Shown in pieces: positions 1-8,400 of a stretch of 32,000 bases of DNA. Below the pieces are notes generated by a model, which ran no database searches, was not told the DNA's origin, and saw only the letters and a list, made by a program, of their open reading frames with translations. The position numbers and the translations under genes were made by a program. The DNA comes from Promethearchaeota archaeon (lineage in GTDB: Archaea; Asgardarchaeota; Lokiarchaeia; Sigyniarchaeales; SOKP01): contig JAUWGH010000005.1 of the NCBI GenBank assembly GCA_030606485.1, positions 210,001 through 242,000 of the forward strand, given 5' to 3'. The stretch's first letter is position 1; every line of letters starts with the position of its first letter.

Positions 1-1
1 C

Positions 2-955
2 AACTCAAAATATATGATAGATCGGACAAGAAGGATTATTTCTCATCTTTATGGACTGTTATATCGAATAAATTTTTATTATTCGAAAAAAATACTCCCA
101 ATTTTTTGCTTTGATGGTTGTGTACATCCCTATAAACGATTGATTACCAAAGATAAATTACATGACTTCCAATACATTAAACAAAAATACAAAGAAGCAA
201 TAGAAAATCATAATTACCAACTTGCTCAACAAATCGCTACTGGAAAAGAATTTTTGTGGATTAATACAATTCAAGAATCAAAAAAGATGTTGTCATATTT
301 AGGAATTCCTTACGTGGAATCTCCTGCATCAGCGGAGTCACAATGTGCTTGTTTAGTCAAGGATAAAGTGGTAGATTTTACAATTAGTCAGGATTTTGAT
401 TGTTTAGTCTTCGGCAGCTTGGGACAAGTTAGAAATTTATCAAAATCGAGAGTAAGGAAAATAAATAATAGTTGGCAATATACAAAAGTAAAACCATCCA
501 TCATTAAATTAAAAGAGAATTTAAAAAAATGGGGCATTGATATATTTCAATTAGTCGATATCGCAATGCTTATTGGAACAGATTATAATAAAGGAATTAT
601 GGGAATAGGCCCCAAATTAGCGTTAAGGTTTATTAAAAAATTTGGCCATGTGGAATCAGTTATCAAAAATTGTGCGTCTAAATTTGATTTCTCAAAGTTA
701 AATGAAAAAAAAATCGCGGAGATTAGAAAAATATTTCTATTTCCCGAAGTAATTAGCAAATATTCTAATTTTAACTGGAATTATCCCCAAATAAAGAAAA
801 TTATGGAATTTTTGTGTGAGGATCATACATTAAATTCAAAAAGAATTAAAAATAATATAATTAAATTTACTAATAATTACGAAAAATGCATATCTTTTTT
901 TAAAAACAAGAAATTAATAACTTTAAAGCAGAGAAAACTATTTTCTTTTATCTAA
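2..955 (+). CDS. fen: Flap endonuclease-1 (FEN1/XPG family) homolog, 5' truncated by the window edge
   Basis: Frame is open from base 2. Motifs SHLYGLLYR, FDG, SQDFDCLVFG and the H3TH motif LIGTDYNKGIMGIGPK are present, plus a C-terminal PIP-box-like QRKLFSFI. Several canonical residues are changed (see findings). Confidence 0.88.
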   Translation, partial: NSKYMIDRTRRIISHLYGLLYRINFYYSKKILPIFCFDGCVHPYKRLITKDKLHDFQYIKQKYKEAIENHNYQLAQQIATGKEFLWINTIQESKKMLSYLGIPYVESPASAESQCACLVKDKVVDFTISQDFDCLVFGSLGQVRNLSKSRVRKINNSWQYTKVKPSIIKLKENLKKWGIDIFQLVDIAMLIGTDYNKGIMGIGPKLALRFIKKFGHVESVIKNCASKFDFSKLNEKKIAEIRKIFLFPEVISKYSNFNWNYPQIKKIMEFLCEDHTLNSKRIKNNIIKFTNNYEKCISFFKNKKLITLKQRKLFSFI

Positions 956-1204
956 TATATATATATTAAATTCATGTAATTCTAATATCAATAAAATTGA
1001 TTAACATTTTGAATAAAAAATTTATTGTGAATGAGTAACTTAAATGGGGTTTATTAATCCTTTAAAATAAAATAAAATTAAAAAATAATTGAATATTTGG
1101 ATTATTAATCGTGAATGACAATATCTATACTTTAAAATTTTAATATCTATAAAATTAAATACATAAATTATTAATTTCAATTTAAGGAAAATAAAAATTT
1201 TTGA

Positions 1205-1759
1205 CAAAACCAAGGTGTAACCAAAATTCGAGATGCAGTTTTTAAGATTTTTATTTGTGGGGAGGGTGGGGTAGGAAAGACTGCATTGACTTATCGTTAT
1301 GTAACAGGTATTTTTAAAAGTGATTCATTAATGACAATAGGTCTTGATTTTCACTTAAAAAATATTAATTTTAATGGGAAAAAGATTTCTTTACAAATCT
1401 GGGATTTTGCAGGAGAGTCAAGATTCAGATTTCTTTTACCCGGTTATATAATTGGGGCTTCTGGAGGCATTTTTATGTATGATATAACAAGATATTCTAG
1501 TTTTACAAATTTAGATCAATGGCTTAAAGTAATAAGTCAAGGTTTAAAAGATGATTATAACAAAATTCCAATCTTGATGGTCGGAGGGAAGGCAGATCTT
1601 TCTCCAAAAAGAACTGTAAATAAAGAAGAAGCTATAGAGATGGCAAAATCTCGTGATTTTATTGGATACACTGAATGTTCTTCTAAATCTGGCGAAAATG
1701 TTGAATCAGTCTTCATTGCTTTAGCTCGTGTAATGATGGAAAATGCAAATTTGCTTTAG
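1205..1759 (+). CDS. Rab-like small GTPase (Ras superfamily); true start unclear
   Basis: The frame is open from 1205 and contains G1 GEGGVGKT (1259-1282), upstream of the TTG called at 1286. G2 TIGLDF, G3 WDFAG, G4 GKAD and G5 CSSK follow. Confidence 0.9.
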   Translation, partial: QNQGVTKIRDAVFKIFICGEGGVGKTALTYRYVTGIFKSDSLMTIGLDFHLKNINFNGKKISLQIWDFAGESRFRFLLPGYIIGASGGIFMYDITRYSSFTNLDQWLKVISQGLKDDYNKIPILMVGGKADLSPKRTVNKEEAIEMAKSRDFIGYTECSSKSGENVESVFIALARVMMENANLL

Positions 1760-1788
1760 TTAAAAAATTATATACTCAAAAGGAAAGT

Positions 1789-2325
1789 CTAAACAATTAT
1801 TTGGTAATATTTAACATCATTAGTTTTTAAATTTTGATCAATTTTTTTGTCTTTTAAAGCCAATTTTGTAAATTGTCTAATTTCTGAACTCTTAAAACCC
1901 TTATTTATAAAAAATAAATTAAAAATAGTTTGTGGAATAGTAGAGAAATTGCATTTTAATTTTTTCAGCTCAAATATAAATTTATTATATGAATTTTTAT
2001 CATTTTCTTTATTCTTTTTTCTGAATTGCTGGAATTTGGATCTAGATTTATTAGATCCTGGTATGGTAAAACCAGATGTTAAAGATGCTAAATCAACATT
2101 TTTAAATCCATTTTTTATAGTAAATCCATCTTGTTTTTTTCTTACTAACAAATTTGCTTCTTTCAAATTATTAACAATTTCTCCAGTGATTTCTGAAATT
2201 TTGTGATTTTTTCCACAACGTGGGCATTTTTTTCCTTTTTGATTCACTCTACCGTAAGTATATTGACAGCATTTCTTACAAGGAAATACAATATACTTTC
2301 TTATTTGGGTCTTTTTTTCAATCAT
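1789..2325 (-). CDS. DUF1922-like Zn-ribbon protein with C-terminal extension
   Basis: YIVFPCKKC...KKCPRCG...EANLLVRKKQ resembles the DUF1922 pattern. The TTG start lies 2 bp after the Hef stop. Confidence 0.6.
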   Translation of the reverse strand: MIEKKTQIRKYIVFPCKKCCQYTYGRVNQKGKKCPRCGKNHKISEITGEIVNNLKEANLLVRKKQDGFTIKNGFKNVDLASLTSGFTIPGSNKSRSKFQQFRKKNKENDKNSYNKFIFELKKLKCNFSTIPQTIFNLFFINKGFKSSEIRQFTKLALKDKKIDQNLKTNDVKYYQIIV

Positions 2326-2327
2326 TT

Positions 2328-4358
2328 CTAAATTCTCTTTTTGAAAAATCCTCTCAATAATAGAAATAATTCATCTTTATTATCAATGGGAATAATTTGA
2401 ATTTCATATTTTTGAGAAATTTTTAATAAGTTTCTTTTGACATACTTCTTCTCATTTTTAAAAATCTCGGTAAAATCAAGAAATTGGGCTATAATTATAA
2501 TGATTTTAAAATTTTTCTTAAATTTTTCAATAAAATCTTTGAACTGATTACTTGCATTTTGTTGTATTAACTTTCTAGGTTTAAAAATGTGAATACCTAT
2601 TTGATTCTGAATTTGAACATGATATTCATTAGAAGATACCTGAAATTTAATACCGGAGGCGGAGAAAAATTGTCGAATTCCAAAAAATAAAGGAATATTT
2701 TTACTTAAATTTACAATAGGAGAAAGATAATTATCTAAATTATCATTTTGCGATATTGTTATATGTTTATTTTTATTTTTTTGTTTAATAATTTCATGGA
2801 TTTTTTTCGGGTTTTTTAATAATTCATGCATTTTTTTAAGTCTATTTAAAGAAATATGTAAATATATCTCTTCTGAAGTTCCTCTACAATAAAGGATAAA
2901 TACTTTACCTTCACGAATTCTAGCTGTTCGCCCTTTACGCTGTATAAGTCTAATTTCTGAAGCAACAACATCATAAAATATAACAAGATCACATTCTGCA
3001 ATATCAAGCCCCTCTTCTGCGACATTTGTAGAAATTAAAACATTATATTTTCCTTCTTTAAAATCATTAAGTATTTCTATCTGCTTTTTCTGAGAAAGTC
3101 CTTTATCTTGACTTGATTTAGTTGCTTGTCCCACAAATCTTTTTGGTCTTATTAAACTATTTTTTTTTAATTTAGAAGTGATAGTTGCTACTGAATCTCT
3201 TAGTTTTGAAAATATTAAAATTCTTGTATCAGGATTTACCTTCAGCTCCTTTAGGATTATTTGTTTACAAATATTAAATTTTGGATGGATTAATAGTAGT
3301 TCATCTAATTCATTATATTGCCGAAGTTCATTGAAGATTTTATTGATTTCATAATTATTCGCTAAACTTATTAACGCTTTAGAGGCATTTTTTTTTGAAG
3401 ATTGATTTTTCATAGATTTTAAATAAGATAATAATGAATCAAGTCCTTGACTTTCAACTAAGCTTAACATATGAAACAGCCTAAGTATTTGTGCATTAAC
3501 TGATAATGCTTTATAAGCACCTGTTTTACTTCCATCTCCATTAATTATTTGCAAAAGATCACTATTTAATTTTATTAAATCTTTCTTATAGATATTTTCC
3601 AATTGTTCTTTATTAGAATCGATAAATCCAAGAGAATTTAGATAATTTAATCTTTCTTGAATCATATTTTTGAAAGCAGAAAGAAAAATTCTCATTAAAT
3701 CTGTCATATCAACACCAACTTTCCAAATTTTCATTGGTTTGATATATTCTTTGACATCTTTATCATCTCTTGTTCTAAGGAAAATATTTGAATCGGGAAT
3801 ATGCAAATTCTTGCAAAGAACTGAGATTTTTTCTTTGTTTGACCCTGGAGAGGCAGTAAGACCAAGTATAAGACCATCATTATTATGTTCAATATATTCA
3901 TCAGCAATTTGACAATAAGCGTAGTCTCCTTGAGCTCTATGGGCTTCATCGAATATAACTAAACAAACATTCATTAAAGAATATCTATTATTTATGATGT
4001 CATTCCTTAATGTTTGAGGAGTATAAAATAAGACCTGGTTATCAATAAATTCATAGGTTCTTTTATTTGGTTCAATCTGTCCAGTCAAAATACTGAATTT
4101 TTCACCGGGAATATTTAAGAATTTCAAAAAATTTTCATGATGTTGGTTAATCAAAGGACGTGTTGGTGCTAAAACTACCACTTTGCTATTTGGTGGAGAA
4201 TTCTCAAGAGTATGAGCTGCAATAATTATAGCTATTATCGTTTTCCCTAATCCAGTTGGAATCACAACTAAGGAATTATTACCAAAACATTTCTTAGCAA
4301 TATTTACTTGATACTCTCTATGGTCAATTTTCTCGTTATTAAGAAAATTAAACTTCAA
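2328..4358 (-). CDS. hef: Hef/FANCM/Mph1-family SF2 helicase with a degenerate C-terminal ERCC4-like domain
   Basis: Motifs IPTGLGKT, LAPTRPL, DEAHRA, LGLTASPG, RFVGQ, STNVAEEGLDI and QRKGRTAR are diagnostic of this family. Confidence 0.93.
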   Translation of the reverse strand: MKFNFLNNEKIDHREYQVNIAKKCFGNNSLVVIPTGLGKTIIAIIIAAHTLENSPPNSKVVVLAPTRPLINQHHENFLKFLNIPGEKFSILTGQIEPNKRTYEFIDNQVLFYTPQTLRNDIINNRYSLMNVCLVIFDEAHRAQGDYAYCQIADEYIEHNNDGLILGLTASPGSNKEKISVLCKNLHIPDSNIFLRTRDDKDVKEYIKPMKIWKVGVDMTDLMRIFLSAFKNMIQERLNYLNSLGFIDSNKEQLENIYKKDLIKLNSDLLQIINGDGSKTGAYKALSVNAQILRLFHMLSLVESQGLDSLLSYLKSMKNQSSKKNASKALISLANNYEINKIFNELRQYNELDELLLIHPKFNICKQIILKELKVNPDTRILIFSKLRDSVATITSKLKKNSLIRPKRFVGQATKSSQDKGLSQKKQIEILNDFKEGKYNVLISTNVAEEGLDIAECDLVIFYDVVASEIRLIQRKGRTARIREGKVFILYCRGTSEEIYLHISLNRLKKMHELLKNPKKIHEIIKQKNKNKHITISQNDNLDNYLSPIVNLSKNIPLFFGIRQFFSASGIKFQVSSNEYHVQIQNQIGIHIFKPRKLIQQNASNQFKDFIEKFKKNFKIIIIIAQFLDFTEIFKNEKKYVKRNLLKISQKYEIQIIPIDNKDELFLLLRGFFKKRI

Positions 4359-4413
4359 TAGATTATTCCCTTCATTTTTTAAGGTCTTTGAATTGCTAAT
4401 TTTACCTCACTCT

Positions 4414-4788
4414 TTACAAACTCAATTTATTATAAATCTTTTCTACTCTAGGAGCGATTTTTGAAAGCAATTGATTATATTTTTTAATTTTATCTTTTTG
4501 TGCTTCAACGCTTTTAATAACTCTTTTAATCTCTGTTTCAGTATATAATTCAATTAAATCTTTAATATCTTCTACTGAACTAACTCCATGCTCAATTATC
4601 AATTTCTTTAAGTCCTTTTGTTCAATTTGCCCGTTAGTTAATTTTAAAATGGTCTCTTTTAATATTGCTAAATATTGAGTGTCAAAAATAATATCTCTTA
4701 TGGATTCTAAGATGAAATCTAAAGTATTTAATTTAGTTTTTGTTTTATCTGGTGATATATTTTCAACATTTCTTATTGTTTCTTCCAT
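4414..4788 (-). CDS. Hypothetical helical/coiled-coil protein upstream of hef
   Basis: 124-aa ATG ORF with amphipathic helical character, co-oriented with hef and 55 bp upstream of it. Confidence 0.6.
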   Translation of the reverse strand: MEETIRNVENISPDKTKTKLNTLDFILESIRDIIFDTQYLAILKETILKLTNGQIEQKDLKKLIIEHGVSSVEDIKDLIELYTETEIKRVIKSVEAQKDKIKKYNQLLSKIAPRVEKIYNKLSL

Positions 4789-4822
4789 AATAAAATATCT
4801 CTCTGCAAAAATTCAAGGAGTT

Positions 4823-4930
4823 TTAATTTGAATTTATATAAAATGATATAACATTTTTGATGAAATGAAAAATATATCCAATTCCCAAAGATGCAATTAT
4901 TATTAATATTATCGAAGTTATTTGTGCCAT
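4823..4930 (-). CDS. Putative 35-aa single-TM small protein (not in the ORF track)
   Basis: Manual translation gives MAQITSIILIIIASLGIGYIFHFIKNVISFYINSN*. A purine-rich AGGAAG precedes the ATG, and it is co-oriented with the downstream genes. Confidence 0.35.
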   Translation of the reverse strand: MAQITSIILIIIASLGIGYIFHFIKNVISFYINSN

Positions 4931-5057
4931 ACTTCCTGTTCAAAATAAAAATATTTAAAGAAAAAATTTATCAAAGAGCGTCAACACATATGCTTTTTAT
5001 TTATATATCTTCGCTCTATAATTTTGCAAATAATAAAATAAATTAAATAATTTAATT

Positions 5058-5318
5058 TTGAGAATAGATATGAAGAAAACCAAAAAAAGTCAAATAAAAC
5101 GAATAAAAAATTTGTTAGAAATTGTAAACTTATACCTTAATAAAAACCAAATCATCGAATCAAACTGGTTATTAGATAAATTGGAAGATTTTGTTAGTAA
5201 ACATGAAATTTTTGAATTAAAATTAGATATTTCATTGTTTCGGGCTATGATTAAATCAAAACAGTACGAAAATAAAGTATTAGAATCTCAGAAATTATTT
5301 GGTGCAGGAATTACTTGA
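5058..5318 (+). CDS. Hypothetical helical protein (likely start ATG 5070)
   Basis: 86-aa ORF filling an otherwise empty gap; no recognisable motif. Confidence 0.4.
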   Translation: MRIDMKKTKKSQIKRIKNLLEIVNLYLNKNQIIESNWLLDKLEDFVSKHEIFELKLDISLFRAMIKSKQYENKVLESQKLFGAGIT

Positions 5319-5357
5319 ACAAATTGCGTTGAAATAATAAACTCTTTTTTTATATTA

Positions 5358-5750
5358 TTATCTGCATTTCTTAACCGAGTTAGAATATTTTAAAAGAGTT
5401 TCAGAAAATTTTAGCATATATCTACCAGGATCTAGAAATTTAAAATGCCACATTTTTTGGAACATTAATTGGGCTGATCTTTGAGCAATTTGATTATCCC
5501 ATGGCAACCCTAGATTTATACAATGTTCCTTTTGAATACTGAAGCAGCCTTCTACTACTCTTTTTAAGGTTTCCCAAAATTCTTCTGCACGATCTTCTTC
5601 TTCTATATAATGAGCATAATACCTTTTAAAAATTTGGTATTCAAACTCATCCCATTTTGGTTGCTTCCACTTAAATATATTGATGAAATTTTCATCCAAA
5701 AATAAGTTTATGGAAATAAATTTTCTGTTTGCTTTCGATTTTGCTTCCAT
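5358..5750 (-). pseudogene. nrdJ: N-terminal fragment of a monomeric class II (B12-dependent) ribonucleoside-triphosphate reductase
   Basis: EEFWETLKRVVEGCFSIQKEHC..LGLPWDNQIAQRSAQLMFQKMWHFKFLDPGR matches the RTPR N-terminus. The ORF ends 20 codons after PGR, without the catalytic core. Confidence 0.8.
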
Positions 5751-5805
5751 TTTTATAAAATTATTTTGTAATTTTGGGATTAAGTTATCGTCAGTTTAGA
5801 AAGAA

Positions 5806-5820
5806 ACTATTTAAATAAAA
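5806..5820 (-). promoter_or_regulatory. TATA-box-like element TTTTATTTAAATAGT upstream of the nrdJ fragment
   Basis: Contains TTTAAATA (archaeal TTTAWATA consensus). The identical 15-mer occurs at 13358-13372. Confidence 0.35.
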
Positions 5821-6013
5821 AAAGACTCCCGGCTTAATGATTTATTATTTACAATATATTTTGATAGATCCTCCATTTTAACTCGGTTATTAACCAGAAA
5901 ATAAAATGAATTTATATTAAAAATAGAAATTAAAAAAAAGGGAAGTTATTTAAATTATGTTGATTCAAATCTATATTCTTTATCATTGTGGATATAAGAT
6001 ATCTCGAAGTAAA

Positions 6014-7285
6014 TTATTGTGTTAAATATAGAAAACGTTCTAAGTAATAAACCCATACTTGACCAATGTTCGTACTTAAAACGAAATCATTAGCATGTCC
6101 TGCGAATGGGAATATTAAAAGACAGCATTGAACCCCTTTCGACTCCATCTCTGATTCTAAAGTTTCAACCCCTGTGATCGATACTTGACCATCACTAGTT
6201 CCTTGAAAGAAAAGTGCAGGTGGGTCTTGGGGGTCAGCAAGCTTTGTAAGGTCGTAAGCATCGTACATCTCGGGATTTGTAGTTTTATTTTCTTTTAAGA
6301 ATATTTCTGGAGCTGCTGAAGGAGAATATAGAGGAATTATCCCCTTCACATTCAAGTTAGGACTAAACGTACCATTATGATATTCTTCATTACATCCTAA
6401 TCCCATTACACCTGCAAGATGTGCTCCAGCTGATCGACCCATAAAATAAACGGAATCCAAATTTGCCCCATATGTCATAGAAAAGTTAGTCTCAAGTAGA
6501 TTCGTGAAGATACCTATATGTCGAATCTGATCTTCTATAGTGAAATTACCCATCACATGCTCGGGTGTATCGGGAGCCTGAGCATAATAATGGAAACCCT
6601 CGATCAATCCGTACTCAATGTCAAATACAACATAACCTTGACTTGCCAAATATTTACTAGTTGAAATCATATTCCAAGTACCTTTTCCCCCAGAAACCCA
6701 AGCACCTGGGTGTAGATTGATAATGACACTCCCATTACCAGGCAATTGTGAGGATGATTGAGCAGACATATATACATCAAAGAACAGTGTGATATTTTCA
6801 CCTTCATAAAATAGAACATCTTTTTCTACATGAATTGGTTTTTCGGGAATTGTTAGAATATGCGCAGGCAGAATATAAGGTGTCTGGAGGAAATGTTGTT
6901 TAACATCTTCAGGGATGGTACTTTCCCAATTAGGCCCAAAAACCTCATCGAATTCAGCATTGGCGTGCAATATTGTGAAGGGGGTGGCTAGTAAGGAAAT
7001 AGAATTCAATCCAGCAATTGTAAAACCAATAATAGCGAGAGCATAATATTGTTTTGGATGACGAATTCTTTTGGAAGAAAAGAGTTTCAACAATAAAATT
7101 GTGGCTGAAACACAAAGACCAACCATCAAAGTCGCACTTTGCGCGACAAATTCCTCTAGTAATATCATAACACCCCGTAATTGCCTACCTCCGACAAATA
7201 GTAAATATATCCACAAGCAACCCCAAACTAAGATTGTGATGCAAAAAATTACCAATAACAGCTTGAAAATCTTGAGTTTATTCAA
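6014..7285 (-). CDS. Membrane-anchored alpha/beta hydrolase (HSL-like esterase/lipase)
   Basis: Three N-terminal hydrophobic segments, oxyanion-loop-like HPGAW, nucleophile elbow GRSAG, Asp in GTSDG and His in GHAND. A GGAGG lies upstream of the TTG start, and the gene overlaps the upstream gene by 8 bp. Confidence 0.85.
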   Translation of the reverse strand: MNKLKIFKLLLVIFCITILVWGCLWIYLLFVGGRQLRGVMILLEEFVAQSATLMVGLCVSATILLLKLFSSKRIRHPKQYYALAIIGFTIAGLNSISLLATPFTILHANAEFDEVFGPNWESTIPEDVKQHFLQTPYILPAHILTIPEKPIHVEKDVLFYEGENITLFFDVYMSAQSSSQLPGNGSVIINLHPGAWVSGGKGTWNMISTSKYLASQGYVVFDIEYGLIEGFHYYAQAPDTPEHVMGNFTIEDQIRHIGIFTNLLETNFSMTYGANLDSVYFMGRSAGAHLAGVMGLGCNEEYHNGTFSPNLNVKGIIPLYSPSAAPEIFLKENKTTNPEMYDAYDLTKLADPQDPPALFFQGTSDGQVSITGVETLESEMESKGVQCCLLIFPFAGHANDFVLSTNIGQVWVYYLERFLYLTQ

Positions 7286-7712
7286 AGTTCCATGCCTCCG
7301 GAATATCTAATTTTTTTATATTCAAATAAGCCAAGATGCTACCAAAAAGAAAAAAGCCAAAAAAGCTAATAAATATCAATGGATATTGAACTAAAGGCGA
7401 TGTCCAATCTGCATTCAAAAGAAAGAGTCCACCTACCATGCAAAACACCCCAAATATCTGGAAACAAACAAAACCATAACCAAGTCGATTAAGAATTTTT
7501 CCAGTTGCATTGTTTTTTGCGAGTTTGAAATCATCTAATAAAATTAAACCGATGTCAAGAAACCATGAGATGACTAAGATAATACTAAATAAAAATCCAA
7601 ATATTAAATCAGGTCCAATCACGAAATAGAGAATTCCCATCACAATAGAAGTAAGATTTAATCCAAGCGTAATTAAGAAATAATAATTCATCTGATTTTT
7701 TTTAATTCTCAT
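7278..7712 (-). CDS. 4-TM membrane protein coupled to the esterase
   Basis: Four hydrophobic helices, a GTGAG SD-like element before the ATG, and a stop overlapping the esterase start. Confidence 0.75.
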   Translation of the reverse strand: MRIKKNQMNYYFLITLGLNLTSIVMGILYFVIGPDLIFGFLFSIILVISWFLDIGLILLDDFKLAKNNATGKILNRLGYGFVCFQIFGVFCMVGGLFLLNADWTSPLVQYPLIFISFFGFFLFGSILAYLNIKKLDIPEAWNFE

Positions 7713-7991
7713 TACTTCTCACTTTAATAATTTTTTTTTTAGATTTTTTAAAATGAAATTTTCTTTTCGATTATTACTCTCTTTTTGTATTTAAAATAAT
7801 ATGCTTAATGATTTTATTTCAATTTTTTAAAATGTAATTAGATCATCACATAACTGAAACTCCTGCTAAAATAATTAATAATTTATAATAGCAATTTATA
7901 AATAATCAAAAATAGAAGGAAAAAATGGTATATAGTTTTGAAAACTATACCTTTATTGAATCCAAATAAAATAAAAAAGGTGGTAAAAAAA

Positions 7992-8306
7992 ATGATATTT
8001 ATTTCATATTGGGAGTTAAATCCAGATTTTGATCCATCAGAATTATCTGAAATTGCGCAAACAATCCTTAGCAAGAAACTCTATCCAGTTGAAGGCACAA
8101 AGACAATTGCTTGGTATATCAGCACCTCTGATTTTTGGGGCATATCAATAACAGAAGCGGATACCGAAGAACAAATGGCACAAGGCACATCAGTATGGAG
8201 AATCGCCAAACCGGGTGTTTTTAAATTCATAAAAACTACGCCTGCTATGGAATTGACTAAAATGCTTCCAATTATTATGAAACTTGGTAAAAAATTAAAA
8301 GGATAA
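7992..8306 (+). CDS. Small DUF3303/ferredoxin-like-fold hypothetical protein (ORF track start 7938; ATG 7992 preferred)
   Basis: Pattern MIFISYW...G.KTIAWY.....WGISITEADTEEQM....W resembles DUF3303/GYD-like proteins. Confidence 0.55.
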   Translation: MIFISYWELNPDFDPSELSEIAQTILSKKLYPVEGTKTIAWYISTSDFWGISITEADTEEQMAQGTSVWRIAKPGVFKFIKTTPAMELTKMLPIIMKLGKKLKG

Positions 8307-8340
8307 GAAAAATCTTAAAAATAAAAATTCAATTAATCTC

Positions 8341-8350
8341 TTTTTTTTTT
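8341..8350 (+). terminator. Oligo-T terminator candidate
   Basis: T10 run 35 bp after the stop at 8306, typical of archaeal termination signals. Confidence 0.45.
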
Positions 8351-8400
8351 AACTCTGTAGCCGTAATTGACGTTTAGGAGTAGTAGTAAAAATAGATCAT

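Noticed and set aside
1847-2206. 119-aa plus-strand ORF
   Set aside because: Antisense shadow of the DUF1922-like gene; no motifs.
3670-3949. Two short ORFs inside hef
   Set aside because: Antisense or alternate-frame shadows of a well-supported helicase.
5358-5420. Tail after PGR in the RNR fragment considered as a split-intein N-half
   Set aside because: It begins with Tyr rather than Cys/Ser and has no block A pattern.
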